Assembly: GCF_009914755.1 (NCBI RefSeq) | Contig: NC_060940.1 | Origin: the human T2T-CHM13v2.0 reference genome, Homo sapiens | Direction: 5' to 3' (one strand) | DNA: 64,000 bases | Shown here: positions 13,917 through 29,875 of the stretch, piece by piece | How the letters are laid out: the number at the start of each line of letters is the position of its first letter | How positions within the stretch are numbered: the stretch's first letter is position 1 | Notes under the pieces: model-generated | What the model was told of the DNA's origin: nothing | Database searches by the model: none | Seen by the model: the letters and a program-made list of their open reading frames with translations, nothing else | Program-made: the position numbers and the translations under genes

Positions 13917-14048
13917 CTCATTCCTTTGCTGCTGCAGTTGACAAGCCGGCTACAGGGAGTCCGCGCGCTCGGCCAGGCAGCCTCTGACAATAGCGGCCCA
14001 GAAGATGCAAAGAGACAAGCCAAGAAACAGAAGACAAGGCGGACTTGA
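13917..14048 (+). CDS. NOMO1: NOMO terminal coding exon (cytosolic tail), followed by 3' UTR to ~14555
   Basis: ttctag acceptor; LIPLLLQLTSRLQGVRALGQAASDNSGPEDAKRQAKKQKTRRT-TGA. GVRALG (rather than GVGALG) and the downstream NPIPA1-type exon favour NOMO1 over NOMO2/3 (recalled sequences). Confidence 0.88.
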   Translation, partial: LIPLLLQLTSRLQGVRALGQAASDNSGPEDAKRQAKKQKTRRT

Positions 14049-14526
14049 GGAGGAAGGGGACAGTTGCAGTCTCACTTGGGACAGGCCACAGCCAGGGGTC
14101 CGGCCACTACCCGCCCGTGGGATAAAAGCCAAAAGCATGCGTCAGCTAACTTCAGCCTGTGCTGCTGGGCCCGCACCCCATGTCCCTTGTCACTGTGGCA
14201 TCCTGCACCCATCCTCACCCCTCCGTAGAGCCCCTCGTGCAATGCAATGAATGGACCCTCCTGTCACTCTGCTGAACAGAATTTATTTTCTGAGTCAAAT
14301 ATAATTTATTATTATTTTTGTCAAAGAAGTATTTAAGCTGTGCTGTGGTGTGAGAATGTCATTCTTGATCTTCAGCCTTCGTTTGCAAGGAGAGTTCCAG
14401 TTGACGTGGTGTTTGGTTCCATGGCGGGGTACCCTAGGGATTCATCTGTTTTCTTCACTTCCCTTTGCATCTGAGATCCTGCTGGAAACCACAGCAACCT
14501 GTATCCACTATTAGGAGGTAAAAATC

Positions 14527-14532
14527 AATAAA
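14527..14532 (+). terminator. NOMO polyadenylation signal
   Basis: AATAAA ~480 nt after the stop, followed by GT/T-rich sequence. Confidence 0.8.
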
Positions 14533-16041
14533 ATGGCCCATTCATTTGTGTTGTAGCTCATCATAGATGTATTTCTTGGATGACATGCGCGTAACCCCCG
14601 GGGGTCTTCAGTTGAGCCAAATGTAGAGCAAGTCAGAGTCCTGAGTGAAGCTGGCTGGGGCAGGAAAAACACGAGCTCAGCCGACATGGTCCCCAGCAGC
14701 TTTTGGCGTCAGTGATAGAGAAATCGGAGATAGTGGAGGTTGTGGCAAGTTGAAGTGTGCCCACCACGTCTAAGGGAAGCTTAGGGACTCAGCTCTGGCT
14801 CACCCCTGCTGTGCAGAAATGTGCGTTCATTTTTCTAGAGAAGCCAGAAAAACAAAGATTTACGTGAAATTTTCCCAATTTTAAATGTTAGCCACAAATG
14901 CAGTGTTTTTTTAAGAAAACCACACACTTTGGCCAAACAAAATGCCTACGTCGGCCGGGTGAGGCTTAAAGGTTGCCGGCTTGCATCAGAGATCCAGAGG
15001 AAGTCACAGCATTTTAACAGCTAAACTTAATCCTCACAGGAAGTCATCAAGTGAATTAAGTGATATTGAAGGAGGGGACACATCCATCCATCCGACATTT
15101 ATTGAGTGCCACATAGGACAGGCATGGGTATGTGAGGATGAGTAGGGTAGACAACACTCTACAGCGAGCTGGAAGAGGCCAGGGAGGCCCCGTCTGCCTT
15201 GTTCTTCGTACCCCAATGCTTGGCACTTGGTGGGCATTCAGTAAGGAATGAATGAACGCACGCACAGAGGAATGAATAGATGGGCACACAGTGTGTGCCC
15301 TCACAGCACATGGCCCATCACTGGGTAGAAGGCAAGTCAGTAAGTAGACAGGGGTAATGCAGGGAGCCGAGGGCCTCCAGGTGGAGGAACATGGAGGACC
15401 ACAGGAGCACAGAGCAGAGTTCTCATCCCACTGGAGAGCTTAGGGAACTTTCTGGATGTGATGCGTGAGCAGAGTCCAAAAGGACAAAACGGAGAGAGGG
15501 AAAACAAGGTGGAAGTTCTTGTTAGGTGCCACTGCCACCCCAGGGGGTCAGCTTGGGGGACTCCCTGGCTCTTGGGGGCCAACCGCAGAGCTGCCCTGTT
15601 CCCACCTATCAGCTAGCTTGGTGTTGGCACCGTGGAAGGAAAGTGAACAGTGTTGGAGATCTGGGACAGATGTGATATTAATACAGAATCCATTTCTTGG
15701 AGTGTTTTCCAACTCTTATTCCAAGTGGACACCCAGAAACATCCCTTTTAAATGTTAATGGGGTTTTTATTGACGGTATAAAGGTTAAGAGCTTGCGAAA
15801 GATACAATTGTCAGTACACTCCTTCCAGTTCCGGAGGCCGCCAGTAAGTGGCAGTCTTTCCCTGTCGCTGGCTGCAGGTCACCCTTGGCCTCGGTGGAAC
15901 TTGTGTGGGTCATTCTCAGTCCATTTGAAAGTTGGGCCTGTTCGGTTGTGTATAATTTTCTGTTCATCATTTTTCTGGCAATCTCAGGACAGAAGTCCTC
16001 TGATCCTCCTGTGAGAAGTAAACATTAATGTTATTAGATTC

Positions 16042-16332
<291 letters not shown>

Positions 16333-16560
16333 TGTTATTAGACTTGGAATGGGACAAAAGTCATATGAGACAGACTTGTTTGCTGAGGTATTTAAAAAAC
16401 AAAATGGTCTAAGATGGCAGATTCTTGGGGAACTCTGCTCTGTGCACATTTCTGCCTATTAAAGTGGCCGTAAAAACAACCATAAATCCTTGATGAGGAC
16501 ACCTCAGGAGCTTTAGGACAGTGCCATTCTTTTTTAATTAAAAGCTTTTTATTTGATTTG

Positions 16561-16688
16561 ATTTTTCTGTAGAGACAGGGTCTCGGCTATGTTGACCAGG
16601 CTGGTCTTGAACTCTTGGCCTTAAGTGATCCTTCTGCCTCAACCTCCCAAAGTGCTGAGATTATAGGCATGAGTCACCACACCTGGCC
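16561..16688 (-). mobile_element. Alu monomer (FLAM-like)
   Basis: Single antisense left-arm monomer. Confidence 0.75.
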
Positions 16689-16776
16689 AGGGCAGTGCCA
16701 TTCTAAGGCAACGGCTTCACCTCGGTCTTCTTTTCTGGGGTTACAGGAGATGGGAAGGGCCGAAGGTAGCATGAGA

Positions 16777-16779
16777 ATG

Positions 16780-16814
<35 letters not shown>

Positions 16815-16832
16815 GTATGTGCATGTGTATGT
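16777..16832. repeat. (TG)n microsatellite
   Basis: Imperfect TG run. Confidence 0.9.
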
Positions 16833-19040
16833 GGAAGGACTGGTGAGATGGCTGGAGGAAGAGGCAGTCCTTCTGCTTAACTCTAATGGCCTAAATGTGA
16901 GAAACAAAGATTCAGGAAATAAGGAAAAAGCAAATGAGTGATTGCCTCTCTGGATCAAGCACACCAGCAGGCACAACCAGCCTTTCTTGAGCTACTGTGT
17001 GCCGGGCGCTGTGCCGTGCCCTTGCATGCATGTGGATGCTTCATGAGTTCATGAAGTAGGTATGCTTCCAGCCCCATTTTTCAGAGAAAGAAACTGAGGC
17101 TGAACAATCTTGCAGCTGTCAAGTGGCAGAGCAGGGGTTTGAACCCAGGTCCAAGAGTTCTTAACCACCATGTTTTCCTGCCCTTGATGTATGAAATGAG
17201 ATGATGTAGTCACATGCCAGCTTGTCTAGGGATGACTCAGAGGTTTAGAGATGGATGTCACGTGGATGTTGTACAGGAGAGGCAGGTATAAGCTGTAGTA
17301 AAGTTAGGAAAGGCACAGTGACGTGGAGCACTGTGTGCAGTGGACGGGGTCATGGCTGGGGGTGAGAATGGTGGAGGACCTTCGATTATTTCATCAGCGT
17401 TGTTTCTGTAACCAAAGAGCTGCATGACCAAACCCTGAGATCTAGTTCCTTAATAGGAACAATTATTCGGCACGATTCCCTTTACTTAAAAGCAGGGGCC
17501 GTCCTAAGGGAGGAGTTGGAAAGAGTTTGGGGGATAAGGTTTGCTTGGTTGCCTTCTGTTTAGGCTGATGTTCAGTGGGGGTCAAAGGCTGTGTGTCCAG
17601 TCCCTGGCATGTGGCGGGTGTTTGTGGTACACAGCCAGCCTCAGGATGGCCCCCAGGGATGCACACTGCCTTTGTGTGTGGTCCCCTCCCACACTGAATC
17701 AGGCTGGCTCTGTGCGACCAGTGGGAAGTGGTGGAAGTGAGTGATGATGTGTGACTTCTCGGGCTAGGTCGTAACAGGCATTGCACTTTGGCTCTCGGGA
17801 AGCCAACTGCCTTGCGTGAGGGTGCTCAGGCAGCCTCGTGGGGAGGGGTGAGGCCCCTGGCCCCCAGCATGTACAGCTTGCCACCACGTGAGTGAGCCAG
17901 CTTGGAAGCGAATTTCCCCGCCCCGGTCAAGCCTTCTGGTGAGTGCAGCTGCAGATGACATCTGACTTCCACCACTCAAGAGACCCCAGGTCAGTGCTGC
18001 CCAGCTGAGCTCTTCCCAGGTTCTTTATGTCCCCCGAAAATGAGCTGTTTTAAGTTTAGAAAACTTAAAAACACAGTGACAATGAAGCACAGATATGCAT
18101 TACATACAGTCCCAAATCAGTAATGACTTCAAGCTGTGTCCTCTCTTTCCAAGAAAGACAAAGCAGAGAACAAAGTTCAACCTACAGTGTCTTCCCAAAT
18201 TCTTGACCCACGGGATCTGTGAATATCTTATACGACTGAATTAAGCCTCTAAGTTTTGGGGTAACTCATGCAACATTAGGTAACTGGAATAGTGCTCAAT
18301 AAATGTCTGTCACATGAATGGGCAGTGACCATGGATGCATTTCTAGTTATGTATTAGTTAAGGCTCTCTTGGTTTCAAGTAACAGAAATCCAACTCCAAC
18401 TAGCTTGAGCAAAATGGGGCATTCCTCTGGTCAAGTAACGGAGAAATCCAAGAGTCTCTGGCTTCATGCATAGCGGGACCCAGTCTCAATTTCCACCTCC
18501 TGGCTCTGCTTCCCTTGATGCCAACTTTCAGGAATCAGCTTTCTGAAAGACCACTCTGCTAGAAACAGACAGGCCCATCCTTTCAACCAGGTCCAGGACT
18601 GTTTGCTCAGTCACTGCTCTCAGAGGCAGGGGCAGAGGCAGATGCCGGGCACACATCCACAGAAGTGGAGATGGCAGGAAACTGAGAGTGGAGTGCTGGA
18701 AAGCTGGCTTTTGCCTATGGGTTCTGCTTCTGACATCATCCGGCAATGTCAGGCTTTACATTGCCCCCATCTGCAGACCCAGCAGAAGGACAGCTTCCAT
18801 CCCACCACATCAATATGCCAGTCCTGGGGCGGGGGAAGGACTTATGGGCAACCTTTGCAGAATCACTGGGGCCTGGCCGCACATGAGCCATGCCCACGCT
18901 TATGTGACAGGCGGCCCCTGTGCCTGGGGTGCTGTATTACCCAGAGGAATAAGTGATCCTGGGTGGGCAAAAGCAACAGAAGAGAAGTGAGCTCCACTTC
19001 CTTCCAAAACTTGAGAAGGCCTGGTCAAAATCACCCTCCA

Positions 19041-19339
<299 letters not shown>

Positions 19340-19600
19340 ATCAGCCTCCATTTTTGGCTTTCTCTTTCATTAGAAAAATGAACCTGACTTTATGACCATG
19401 ACAATGAAATGCCTAGAGAAGGGAGCACTCATTTTCCAGTGGGCCTACTGTGTGCTGGGGTGGCGAGACTCTTCCTGCCCTGGAACTTGGTGAGGTCAGG
19501 AGGGAAGATATGATATGACTGCCTTCCTCTGTACTTTTTCAGTGGGGGCAGGTGTTTATGCTTGATGATGCAATGGTGAGATCTTGGTTGGAATATGAAC

Positions 19601-19992
<392 letters not shown>

Positions 19993-20514
19993 GGGTTGTT
20001 GAAGATGCCACCCATCTACATATTCTTTCAGATGCACAATATTTCACTGTGTGAATGAAACAGCAGCCCTTCTTACGTGTGCTTTTGGAATTTGAAGATT
20101 TTGTAAGATAAGATGAATGCATTGGAACAAGTGATCCTCAATTCTGTGCAGTCTGTGCCTCCGGAGACTGGCGGCTGCCCCTCCCTGTCTAGTCTTGCAA
20201 GAGAGGCAGCTGGCAAGAGGACAGAAGCCGGCAGCTGCTGCGTTTTCATCCTGTTTCTGCTCTTGGAGCTGAGGGGGAGAGGTGGCTAGCAGCCACCCAG
20301 TGATCAAACTTGCAGCCTGCCTCTCTTGCTTCCTTTTCACAGACTGGAGTGTGCCTGGGTATGGAGAAAGAACATTTTGCTTCTTGCCTCTCAGAGTTTC
20401 AAGAACGCCTCACCTGAGTGGCATGCATTCACGGAATGAGTAATTATTACAGTGGAGAACTCCTCACTGTGAATTAATTACACAGATGATATTCAAGACT
20501 TAGACTGGGCTAGT

Positions 20515-21007
20515 GCAGGGGTTAGCAAACTATGGCCCACTGTTCTTGTTTTATAAATAAAGTGTTATGAGCACACAGCCATGCCCATTCATTTGCAGAT
20601 TATGGCTGCTTTTGCCTGACAGTGCCAGATATAAGTAGTTGTGGCAAAGACCAGGTAGCCTAAAAAGCCTAAAATACTTGCTATCTGGGTCTTTACAGAA
20701 GACATTTTGTTGTTGTTGTTGTTTTTGAGATGGGGTCTTTCTCTGTCACCCAGGCTGGAGTGCAGTGGTGTGATCTCAGCTCACTGCAACCTCCGCCTCT
20801 TGGGTTCAAATGATTATCGTGCCTCAGCCTCCCTAGTAGCTGAGATTATAGGCGCCTGCCACCAAGCCTGGCTAATTTTTGCATTTTTAGTAGAAACAGG
20901 GCTTTACCATGTTGGCCAGGCTGGTCTCAAACCCCGACCTCAGATGATCTGCCTGCCTCAGCCTCCCAAAGTGCTGGGATTACAGGTGTGAGCCACCGCG
21001 CCTGGCC
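20515..21007. mobile_element. MER58-like hAT MITE interrupted by an antisense Alu (20706-21007)
   Basis: 'caggggttagcaaactatggccc...ataaataaagtgttatg...cacacagccatgccc' followed by Alu. Confidence 0.7.
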
Positions 21008-21077
21008 TATAAAATGTTTTCTAATCTGTTGTCTAGTGGGTGCTTTGTAAAGTTTAGTTTTAGGGGGAGCATCATTA

Positions 21078-22225
21078 ATTCATTCAACAAGTATTAACTG
21101 AGCATCTCCCCTGTGCTGGGTGCTGCTTGGCATACTGGGGGTTTAGTGGTGTGAGAGAGACCGAGCCTCAGCTCTTAGGAGCACAGTGCTGATGGAGGAC
21201 GAAAGGTAAACACACACATTAGAAGTTATTGGATAATGCCAGGCGTTACGAAGAAAAGAAGCAGAACAAGGCAATGTGACAGAGGATGATTGGTATCATG
21301 GAAGGTCTCTCTGAGGAGGCAGCATCTGAGCTGAGACCTGAGGAGGGGAAGGGCCAGTTTATGCAAAGATCTGGGGGAAGAGCTGCCCAGGCAGAGGGGA
21401 CCATAATTGCAAAGGCCCCCAGGAGGAAATGAGCTCCCTGAGTTTCAGGAATAGCAAAGAGGCCAGGGTGGCCAGAGTCAAGTGATTGAGAGGAAGAGAT
21501 GAGAACGATGGCAGGGACCGGGTCATGTGGGTGCCCTGGAAAGGAGTTTAGATTTTATTCTAATGGCAACAGAAGGCATTGGAGGGTTTAAGTAGGGAAA
21601 GGGGAGTGATCTGATGTATGTTTTTAAACAATTGCTTCTTTAAATTTTGAGGAGATTGGATTATTGGGAAGCAAGAATGAATTTAGGGAGAGAAGCAAAG
21701 AGGACGTTGTGTTGGTTTAGGCAAAAGACAGCAATGGCTTGGATTGGGGTGATGGAAGTAACAGTGGCAGGAAGTGGTGAGCTTGGGGCTATGCTTCAGA
21801 GATAGAGCAGAAAGGTCTTGCTGATGTATTTAATACAGGAGGTGAGGGAAGGGAGGAATCAACGATAAGTGAATCGTTTGTTTCTAGCTGAACCACTGAA
21901 ATGTGTAGGTAAATTGAGACTTCTGTTTTGGCCATCGTGAGTTTGAGATGCTTATCAGACACCCGAGTCTGCAGCCTGGGTGAGAAATCACGGCTGGAGA
22001 TGAGACGTGGTGAGCTGGGAGTGTTTTTGGATGACAGATGAGGCCACGGGATTGAATAATAGGTATCCTTATGAAGACTGAGAAAAGGAGAGGGCTGGGG
22101 GCCAAGCCCTGGGACAGTGCAACCTTCAGAGGATGGGGGAGGAGGGCCCTGCCCAAGAGACAGAGAGGAAGTGGCCAGTGAGGTAGGGGGAAGTCCAGGA
22201 GAGGACAGTGTGGTGAATACCTAAT
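21078..22225 (-). mobile_element. L2 LINE remnant
   Basis: Starts with antisense L2 3' end 'attcattcaacaagtatt..ctgagc'; purine-rich L2 body motifs follow. Confidence 0.65.
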
Positions 22226-22244
22226 GCTTTACTCATTCACTGGT

Positions 22245-22283
22245 GAATGAATGGATGGATGGATGGATGGATGGATGGATGAA
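22245..22283. repeat. (GGAT)n tetranucleotide repeat
   Basis: Visible atggatggatgg run. Confidence 0.9.
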
Positions 22284-23037
22284 TGCATGAATATTCCTTA
22301 ATAATATGGTTGGCCATGGTCCATCCATATGACTCCTACGGACACCATGTTACCATTTCACACTCGTCTTCTATTTAGGAGAAATCAGACGAAACTGCCA
22401 TCTTATATATAGGTCAAAAATGGTTTCCATAACCACCCACCTCACATGCTTACTGAAATTCATTAAGTAATAGATGGGGTGGGGGGCGGGAGGTTTACAG
22501 GTCGGCAAAGGAGGCAAGGCTAGAGTGATCCATGTGGCAGTGGATTAGAGTGGCAGGCATCAGTATGAACACATGTTTAGCTCAATATAGATACAGATGG
22601 CTACATAGAGAAATATTTATGGATATGTGCATATACACAAATTAGTAAGACACACGTTACTAATCCTGGCTGTCAGCGAAGAGAGCCTAGAAGCAAGGAT
22701 ACCCCAGTAGCAACAAACCTCTGGTGCCCAGGTCTCTGTTCTCCAATAAACACCATTCTCCAGTAAAAGGAACCAGGCTTCTTGAACAAATGTCGATCCT
22801 AGGACCGAGGGAGGAAATAGATAAGAAGAACCTGAAGCATCTTGTAGGGTCACAGGGTGAGGAGGCGCGAAATGAAACAAAATGAAACTGCTGCAGTGAT
22901 GGGGCATCTCAGAGGGACACAGGAGCCAATGGAAAAGCTCCCAGGGGTCAAAGCCAGAACAATTTGAGCCCCAAAAAAGTACTATTGGATTAGAATTCAA
23001 AGAATAAATACCCATGATTCCATACTGCTATAAATGA

Positions 23038-23404
<367 letters not shown>

Positions 23405-23844
23405 CCCAGGTAAATTATATAGCTATTCCATCGTCAAGGAGGTGGAGCGGACTTCCCACATCCTAAGTGTGGGCTGTGCATAGTGACTCTCTTCCAAAGA
23501 GTACAGTGTGAAAAGAGAGGAGAGAGTAACTTTACAGTGGAGAACACGGACAGACACTACCTCAGCCAGGTGATCAAAGTCAACTTCAATAGCGGCAAGT
23601 CATCTTGAGAGAATGCGTGCCTGATACAGAGTGCTGAGAATGATTCTTAAGCTCTGTGGTCCTCCTCCTCAAAACACACACAAGCCAAGACTAAGGATGA
23701 GAAGCATCTGCCAAATCCCAGTTGAGGAACATTCTACAAAATACCTGGCCAGCACTCCTCAAAATGCTCCATGTGGTATCCTGGAACAGAAAAAGGACAT
23801 TAAGCAAAAACTAAGGCAATCAGAATCAACTATGGACTTTAGGT

Positions 23845-24335
23845 GGCCAGGCACGGTGGCTCGCGCCTGTAACCCTAGCACTTTGTGAGGCCGAGGCCGG
23901 CGGATGGGTTGAGCCCAGGAGTTCAAGACCAGCCTGGGCGACATGGCGAAACCCCATCTCTACAAAAAATACAAAAAATTAGCCAGGCTTGTGGTGTGCA
24001 CCTGTAGTCCTAGCTACTCGGGAGGCTGAGATGGGAGGATCACTTGAGTCCGGGAAGTCAAGGCTGCAAGTGACCCGTGATTGTGCCACTGTATACCAGC
24101 ATGGGCAATGAGAGTGAGACCCTGTCTCAACAAACAAACAACAAACAAACAAACAAAAACAAATTCTCTGGGGATGGTAGCAGGCACCTGTATTTCCAGC
24201 TACTTGGGAGGCTGAGATGGAGGATCGCTTGAGCCAGGGGAGGTGGAGGGTTGAGGCTGCCATGAACTATGATCACACCACCACACTCCAGCCTAGGTGA
24301 CGAGCAAGACCCTGTCCCCACCCCCCTAAAAAAAG
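23845..24335 (+). mobile_element. Alu (23845-24161) plus an additional right-arm Alu fragment
   Basis: Sense Alu with (CAAA)n tail, then second partial monomer; tatggactttag flanks both. Confidence 0.8.
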
Positions 24336-25004
24336 TATGGACTTTAGTTCATAATGCATCAAGCTATGGGGTACATGGAAACTCTCTGTACTGCTTTCAC
24401 CATTTTTCTAAAACTGTTCTAAAATAAAAAATTTACTTAAACATTTATTTAAAAAAAAAAACAAACCATTTGAGTACCAACAGTGTCATATGCTCAACTT
24501 AGCACATCTTTTTCCTGGTTTGGTTTGTGGGCGTGAATGTGTACTGAGCCATCTAAACCTTGGTTGCCCGACCTTCACCGTAGCCACTGACCCAGGTTAA
24601 CAGACAAAAGGCCCAGGTTAAGGTTATGCCCAGTGGCCATAAAATAGCCCAGCATCCAGACTGCACTCCTTGATGTACCCAAAAAAGCCAAGGAATAGGA
24701 CGGATGGGCGGGGAGTGGGGAGCAAACTACTGCCCATTGCCCAACTCTGGCCAGCTGTCTGTTTTATAAATAAAGTTTTATTGGAACACAGTCACACCCA
24801 TTCATTTATTATCATCTATGGCTACATTTGCATGACAATGGCAGTGTTGAGTAGTTGCACCAGAGATCGTGTGGCCCACAAAATATTTATTATCTAGCAC
24901 TTTACAGAAAAAGCTTGTCAACCTCCAGGACAGTGGCCACAAGTTCTGCCATCATCTCATCCCTTAGCAAGAAGGGAAAGGAATGCCCATTAAGGCACAA
25001 ATTG

Positions 25005-25433
<429 letters not shown>

Positions 25434-26117
25434 TGATTCAGTTTAATTTCTGCCGTCTCTTGTAACAGGGCTCCCACGTGCACGGGTTGGGGCCGTGTGT
25501 CTGCCTCTGCTTTCTGAGGCCCCACAGCGTATTGATTCTGCGAAACGTACGTTTCTTTGAAAACAGCGTCTCTTGACATGACAGGAGATCACACATCGCT
25601 TGTTTTCTGTCCCTTTCATTGCCCTCTGAACATGATAAAATCATGACCTAGTGTCACCGAGGGACCTCAGCATCTCTTGGAAAGAAGGACTTGCCTTCTT
25701 TTTTATCTTTGTCAAGCCAGTGAGGCCAAGTAGAAAATTTTTAGCAGCTTTGGAGCCAGACAGATCGGAGTGCGAGTTCTGCCCGTTATTGACTGGACCG
25801 TGTGACCCTGGGAGAGCCGCCTAGTGTCTATGAGACGGAGGCTGTTGGGCAAGAAAATGGGGATGGTCCCAGCATTATGGGGCGGTTGTGAGAATTCAGT
25901 GCAATGATGCAGTGCTCCCAGAACAGCTGGTCTAGGGCTTGGCTCATGGGACTGTCCCTTCGCAGAGGCAGCGTGGACATTCCGCTGGTATCCACTGGTG
26001 TGGCTGTGCCTGTTTGGTCACCGTGTCTGTTCTGATTGGTCGGTGCTCCTGCATGTCAAGAGTTCAATGTTATGAAAATCATCCCTGCCTAGAGATGAAT
26101 TCCCCCTTCCCCTGAGG

Positions 26118-26182
26118 TCTAGACTGGTATAGCTGCTTTTGGAGCCTCACCTGCTGAGAGCTCACAGCTGTCCTTCTCTAGA
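26118..26182 (+). ncRNA. MIR3670: miR-3670 precursor
   Basis: 65-nt hairpin bounded by tctaga...tctaga; mature AGAGCTCACAGCTGTCCTTCTCTA at 26157-26180. Confidence 0.85.
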
Positions 26183-26825
26183 GAATCACCCTCAGATGGG
26201 AGCCACATTGCCTGGGATGGGATGCCATGCCCAGTAATGGCCCAGTGACTAACTGATACAGCAACGTGAATGGCTGGTCCCTGCCCCACGGTGGGGACGA
26301 TCCTGTGGCGTGCTCTCTGCTGCTCGTGGGATAGGTCAAGGCGGGACTTTAAGGGACCACATTCTCACTCTGCTCTGTCCCCTTCTGCATCCTGTAGTCC
26401 TCACCTCCCTTCTCCTGAAAGCCCCTTTCAAAACAAAAACAAAAACCACATCCACCCAAGTCCCTGTCTCCAGCTCTGCCTCCAGGAAAGCCGGCGGAAG
26501 GCCGCCAGTCTCAGCTGTGACAGATACAGATATTTCTGCATTTCCAGGACTGAGGTCAATCCCTGGGGACCCAGTGAGGCGGTATCTGAAGGGCCATGGA
26601 GCTGGCTTGATGGGGTCTACAGGTAGGCAGGGACCTGGTGGGGATGTGACTCAAGGATTTTTATCAAATATCTTTATCCCCTGACAGATGCAAAAAAAAA
26701 AAAATGAGATCAGACTCCAGGGTTTCCTCCATGCCACACTGTGGCCCCATTGTTTGTTGTGCTATCAGCAGAAGTTGATTTTGCAAGGAATGTACACGTG
26801 TATGTGATGTTTGAATGCACCTATC

Positions 26826-26864
26826 TGTGTGTGCGTGCATTTGTGTGTGTGTGTGTGCATTCGC

Positions 26865-26909
<45 letters not shown>
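26826..26909. repeat. (TG)n microsatellite
   Basis: Long TG run, about 21 perfect units at the 3' end. Confidence 0.95.
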
Positions 26910-26912
<3 letters not shown>

Positions 26913-27504
26913 AGGATGTGAGCCCCACTTCCGGCCCAGTGCCCCTGCCCAGGCTGGCTCTGCCCTCCTGCTGCTCTGGGCCCCTCAGGCAGTGACTACC
27001 TGGTACATAGGGAAGGCATCAGCATCCCTTATTCATGGGGACTGTATACTGTCTCCACCATATTGGGCCTTTTGGCCTCTTGGACATGACTTGGCCTCTG
27101 CTGGCTTTAAGGGACTGCCAGAGATGCCATCTTCTCTGGGAAATGTTCTCAGCCTGGGCACAGCCCACTAACCACTGCCTGCTTGTCTGAGACTTCTCTG
27201 TCCAGGAAAACAGCCCAGCCTGACCAGAGATGGGCATAGAGCCATATTTTGGGAAAGACTGGTTGGGGGTCAACTTGGTTTCTGGAACCAGTTCTGATTT
27301 CAGTTGCAGGGGACAGTGAGCCAGTTACTGCCCACTGGCTGCATCCTAAGCCTTCCTAGAGGAGAGCTAGCCTCCTCCTAGGGTTGCCCAGGCTGGACCA
27401 CTTCTGCCTGGGTGATGGGTTGGGAGAAAGACGTTAATATTTGGAGCAGTGTTATATTAGTCAGCCCTCCCATTTGCAAACATTAGAAAACCAGCTCAAA
27501 TTAG

Positions 27505-27933
27505 TGATAAAAGAAAATCTCAGCTGAATTAAATTTAAAGTAGTTTAATTGAGCAATGAATGATTCGCGAATTGGGCAGACCCCAGAATCACAGCAGATT
27601 CATAGAGACTCCAGCGCAGCCACGTGGTGGAAGAAGATTTATGGACAAAAGAAGGGAAATGATGTACAGAAATCAGAAGTGAAGTACAGAATGGCTGGAT
27701 TGTTACAAGTTGGCGTTTGCCTTATTTGAGTACAGTTTGAACACTCAGCAGCGTATGAGCGGTTGAACTACGGCCTCTGGGATTGGCCAAGACTCAGCTA
27801 TTGTTACAGGCGCATACTCCTAAGTTAGGTTTTCAATCTTGTCTACCTATTAAGCTAGGTTGCAATTTGTCCACAAGGACTCAACTATAGAAGTACGAAG
27901 TCCCACTCAGGCCATATTTAGTTCACTTTAACA
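27505..27933 (-). mobile_element. ERV1 (MER4-group, MER57-like) solo LTR
   Basis: Minus strand begins TGTTAAAGTGAACTAAATATGGCCTGAG; TG...CA termini; ~430 bp. Confidence 0.6.
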
Positions 27934-28370
27934 CTACCTTCGGCAACTGTCTCTCAGAGCCCAGGGCAGGGCAGGGATGCAACTGGGCTTCAGGAAACTT
28001 GAATTCATTGACTGTCTCTTCCCCATCTTAGATGCAGTGCTAAGGGCTTTTTAGTAATTTTCTCATTTGACTCTCAAAACAAACTGATGAGGAAACGGTC
28101 TGAGAGTAGTTAGGCAGCTTTTCAAGGTCACACAGATAGTAAATGTCATCACTGGGACTTGAACTCAGGTCTTTCTGACTCTCATGTCTGTGCAACATGT
28201 CATCTCAGCCACTGTTGACACTGTATATGTGGATTAGGGTTGGCTAAACTGCTGTAACAAATAGACCCAACTCGAATGGTGCATGTATGTACAATAGGGG
28301 TTTATTTCTTATGATATAGTTCACGGTGGTCCCAGGTGAATAAGGATGGGTAGGTCTGCATTTTTCATAA

Positions 28371-29161
<791 letters not shown>

Positions 29162-29618
29162 TGAAGATTCAATGGAATAAATAAGGCAATAAATGAATGG
29201 ATGGGGAATGAAGGATGTGGGTTTCCTCCCTCTTGTCTTTCAATAAGCTCTCACCATCAACCTCCCATTGCCTGTTCTCTCTCTTCCCCCTCTCTCCCTC
29301 TGTCTCTCTCTTAGCCAGGAAACCTGGGGTAGGGAGGCTTGGAGCCAGCGGGTGCGTCGGGAGGCTGCGGGTACTGACTGGGGACGCGCACGGAGATTGC
29401 GGGAGAAGGATCCACGCCGCGGGAGAAGGATCCATGCCGCGGGAGAAGGATCAGAGTGGAGCCTGTGGCTGCTGCAGGAGGAGGAAGCCGCCGCCTGGCC
29501 CACACCACAGGAGAAGGGCGGAGCCAGATGGCACCCTGCCCACCGCTTCCCGCCCACGCACTTTAGCCTGCAGAGGGGCGGAGCGTGAAAAATACCTCGT
29601 GCGCCTCGGCCGACTCTA

Positions 29619-29712
29619 CAGTGCGACGGGCGGAGCTTCCAGACGCTCCGCCCCACGTCGCATGCGCCCCGGGAAAGCGTGGGGCGGAGCTTCCGGAGGC
29701 CCCGCCCTGCTG
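29619..29712 (+). ncRNA. MIR3180: miR-3180 precursor
   Basis: 5p CTTCCAGACGCTCCGCCCCACGTCG (29636-29660) and 3p TGGGGCGGAGCTTCCGGAGGCC (29680-29701). Confidence 0.85.
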
Positions 29713-29875
29713 CCGACCCTGTGGAGCGGAGGGTGAAGCCTCCGGATGCCAGTCCCTCATCGCTGGCCCGGTCGCGCTGTGGCGAAGGGGGCGGAGCCTG
29801 CACCCGCCCCGCCCCCCCTCGCCCCGTCCGCCCTGCGCCGCGCGGGGAGGAGGAGGAGGAGCCGCGGCGGGGCCC

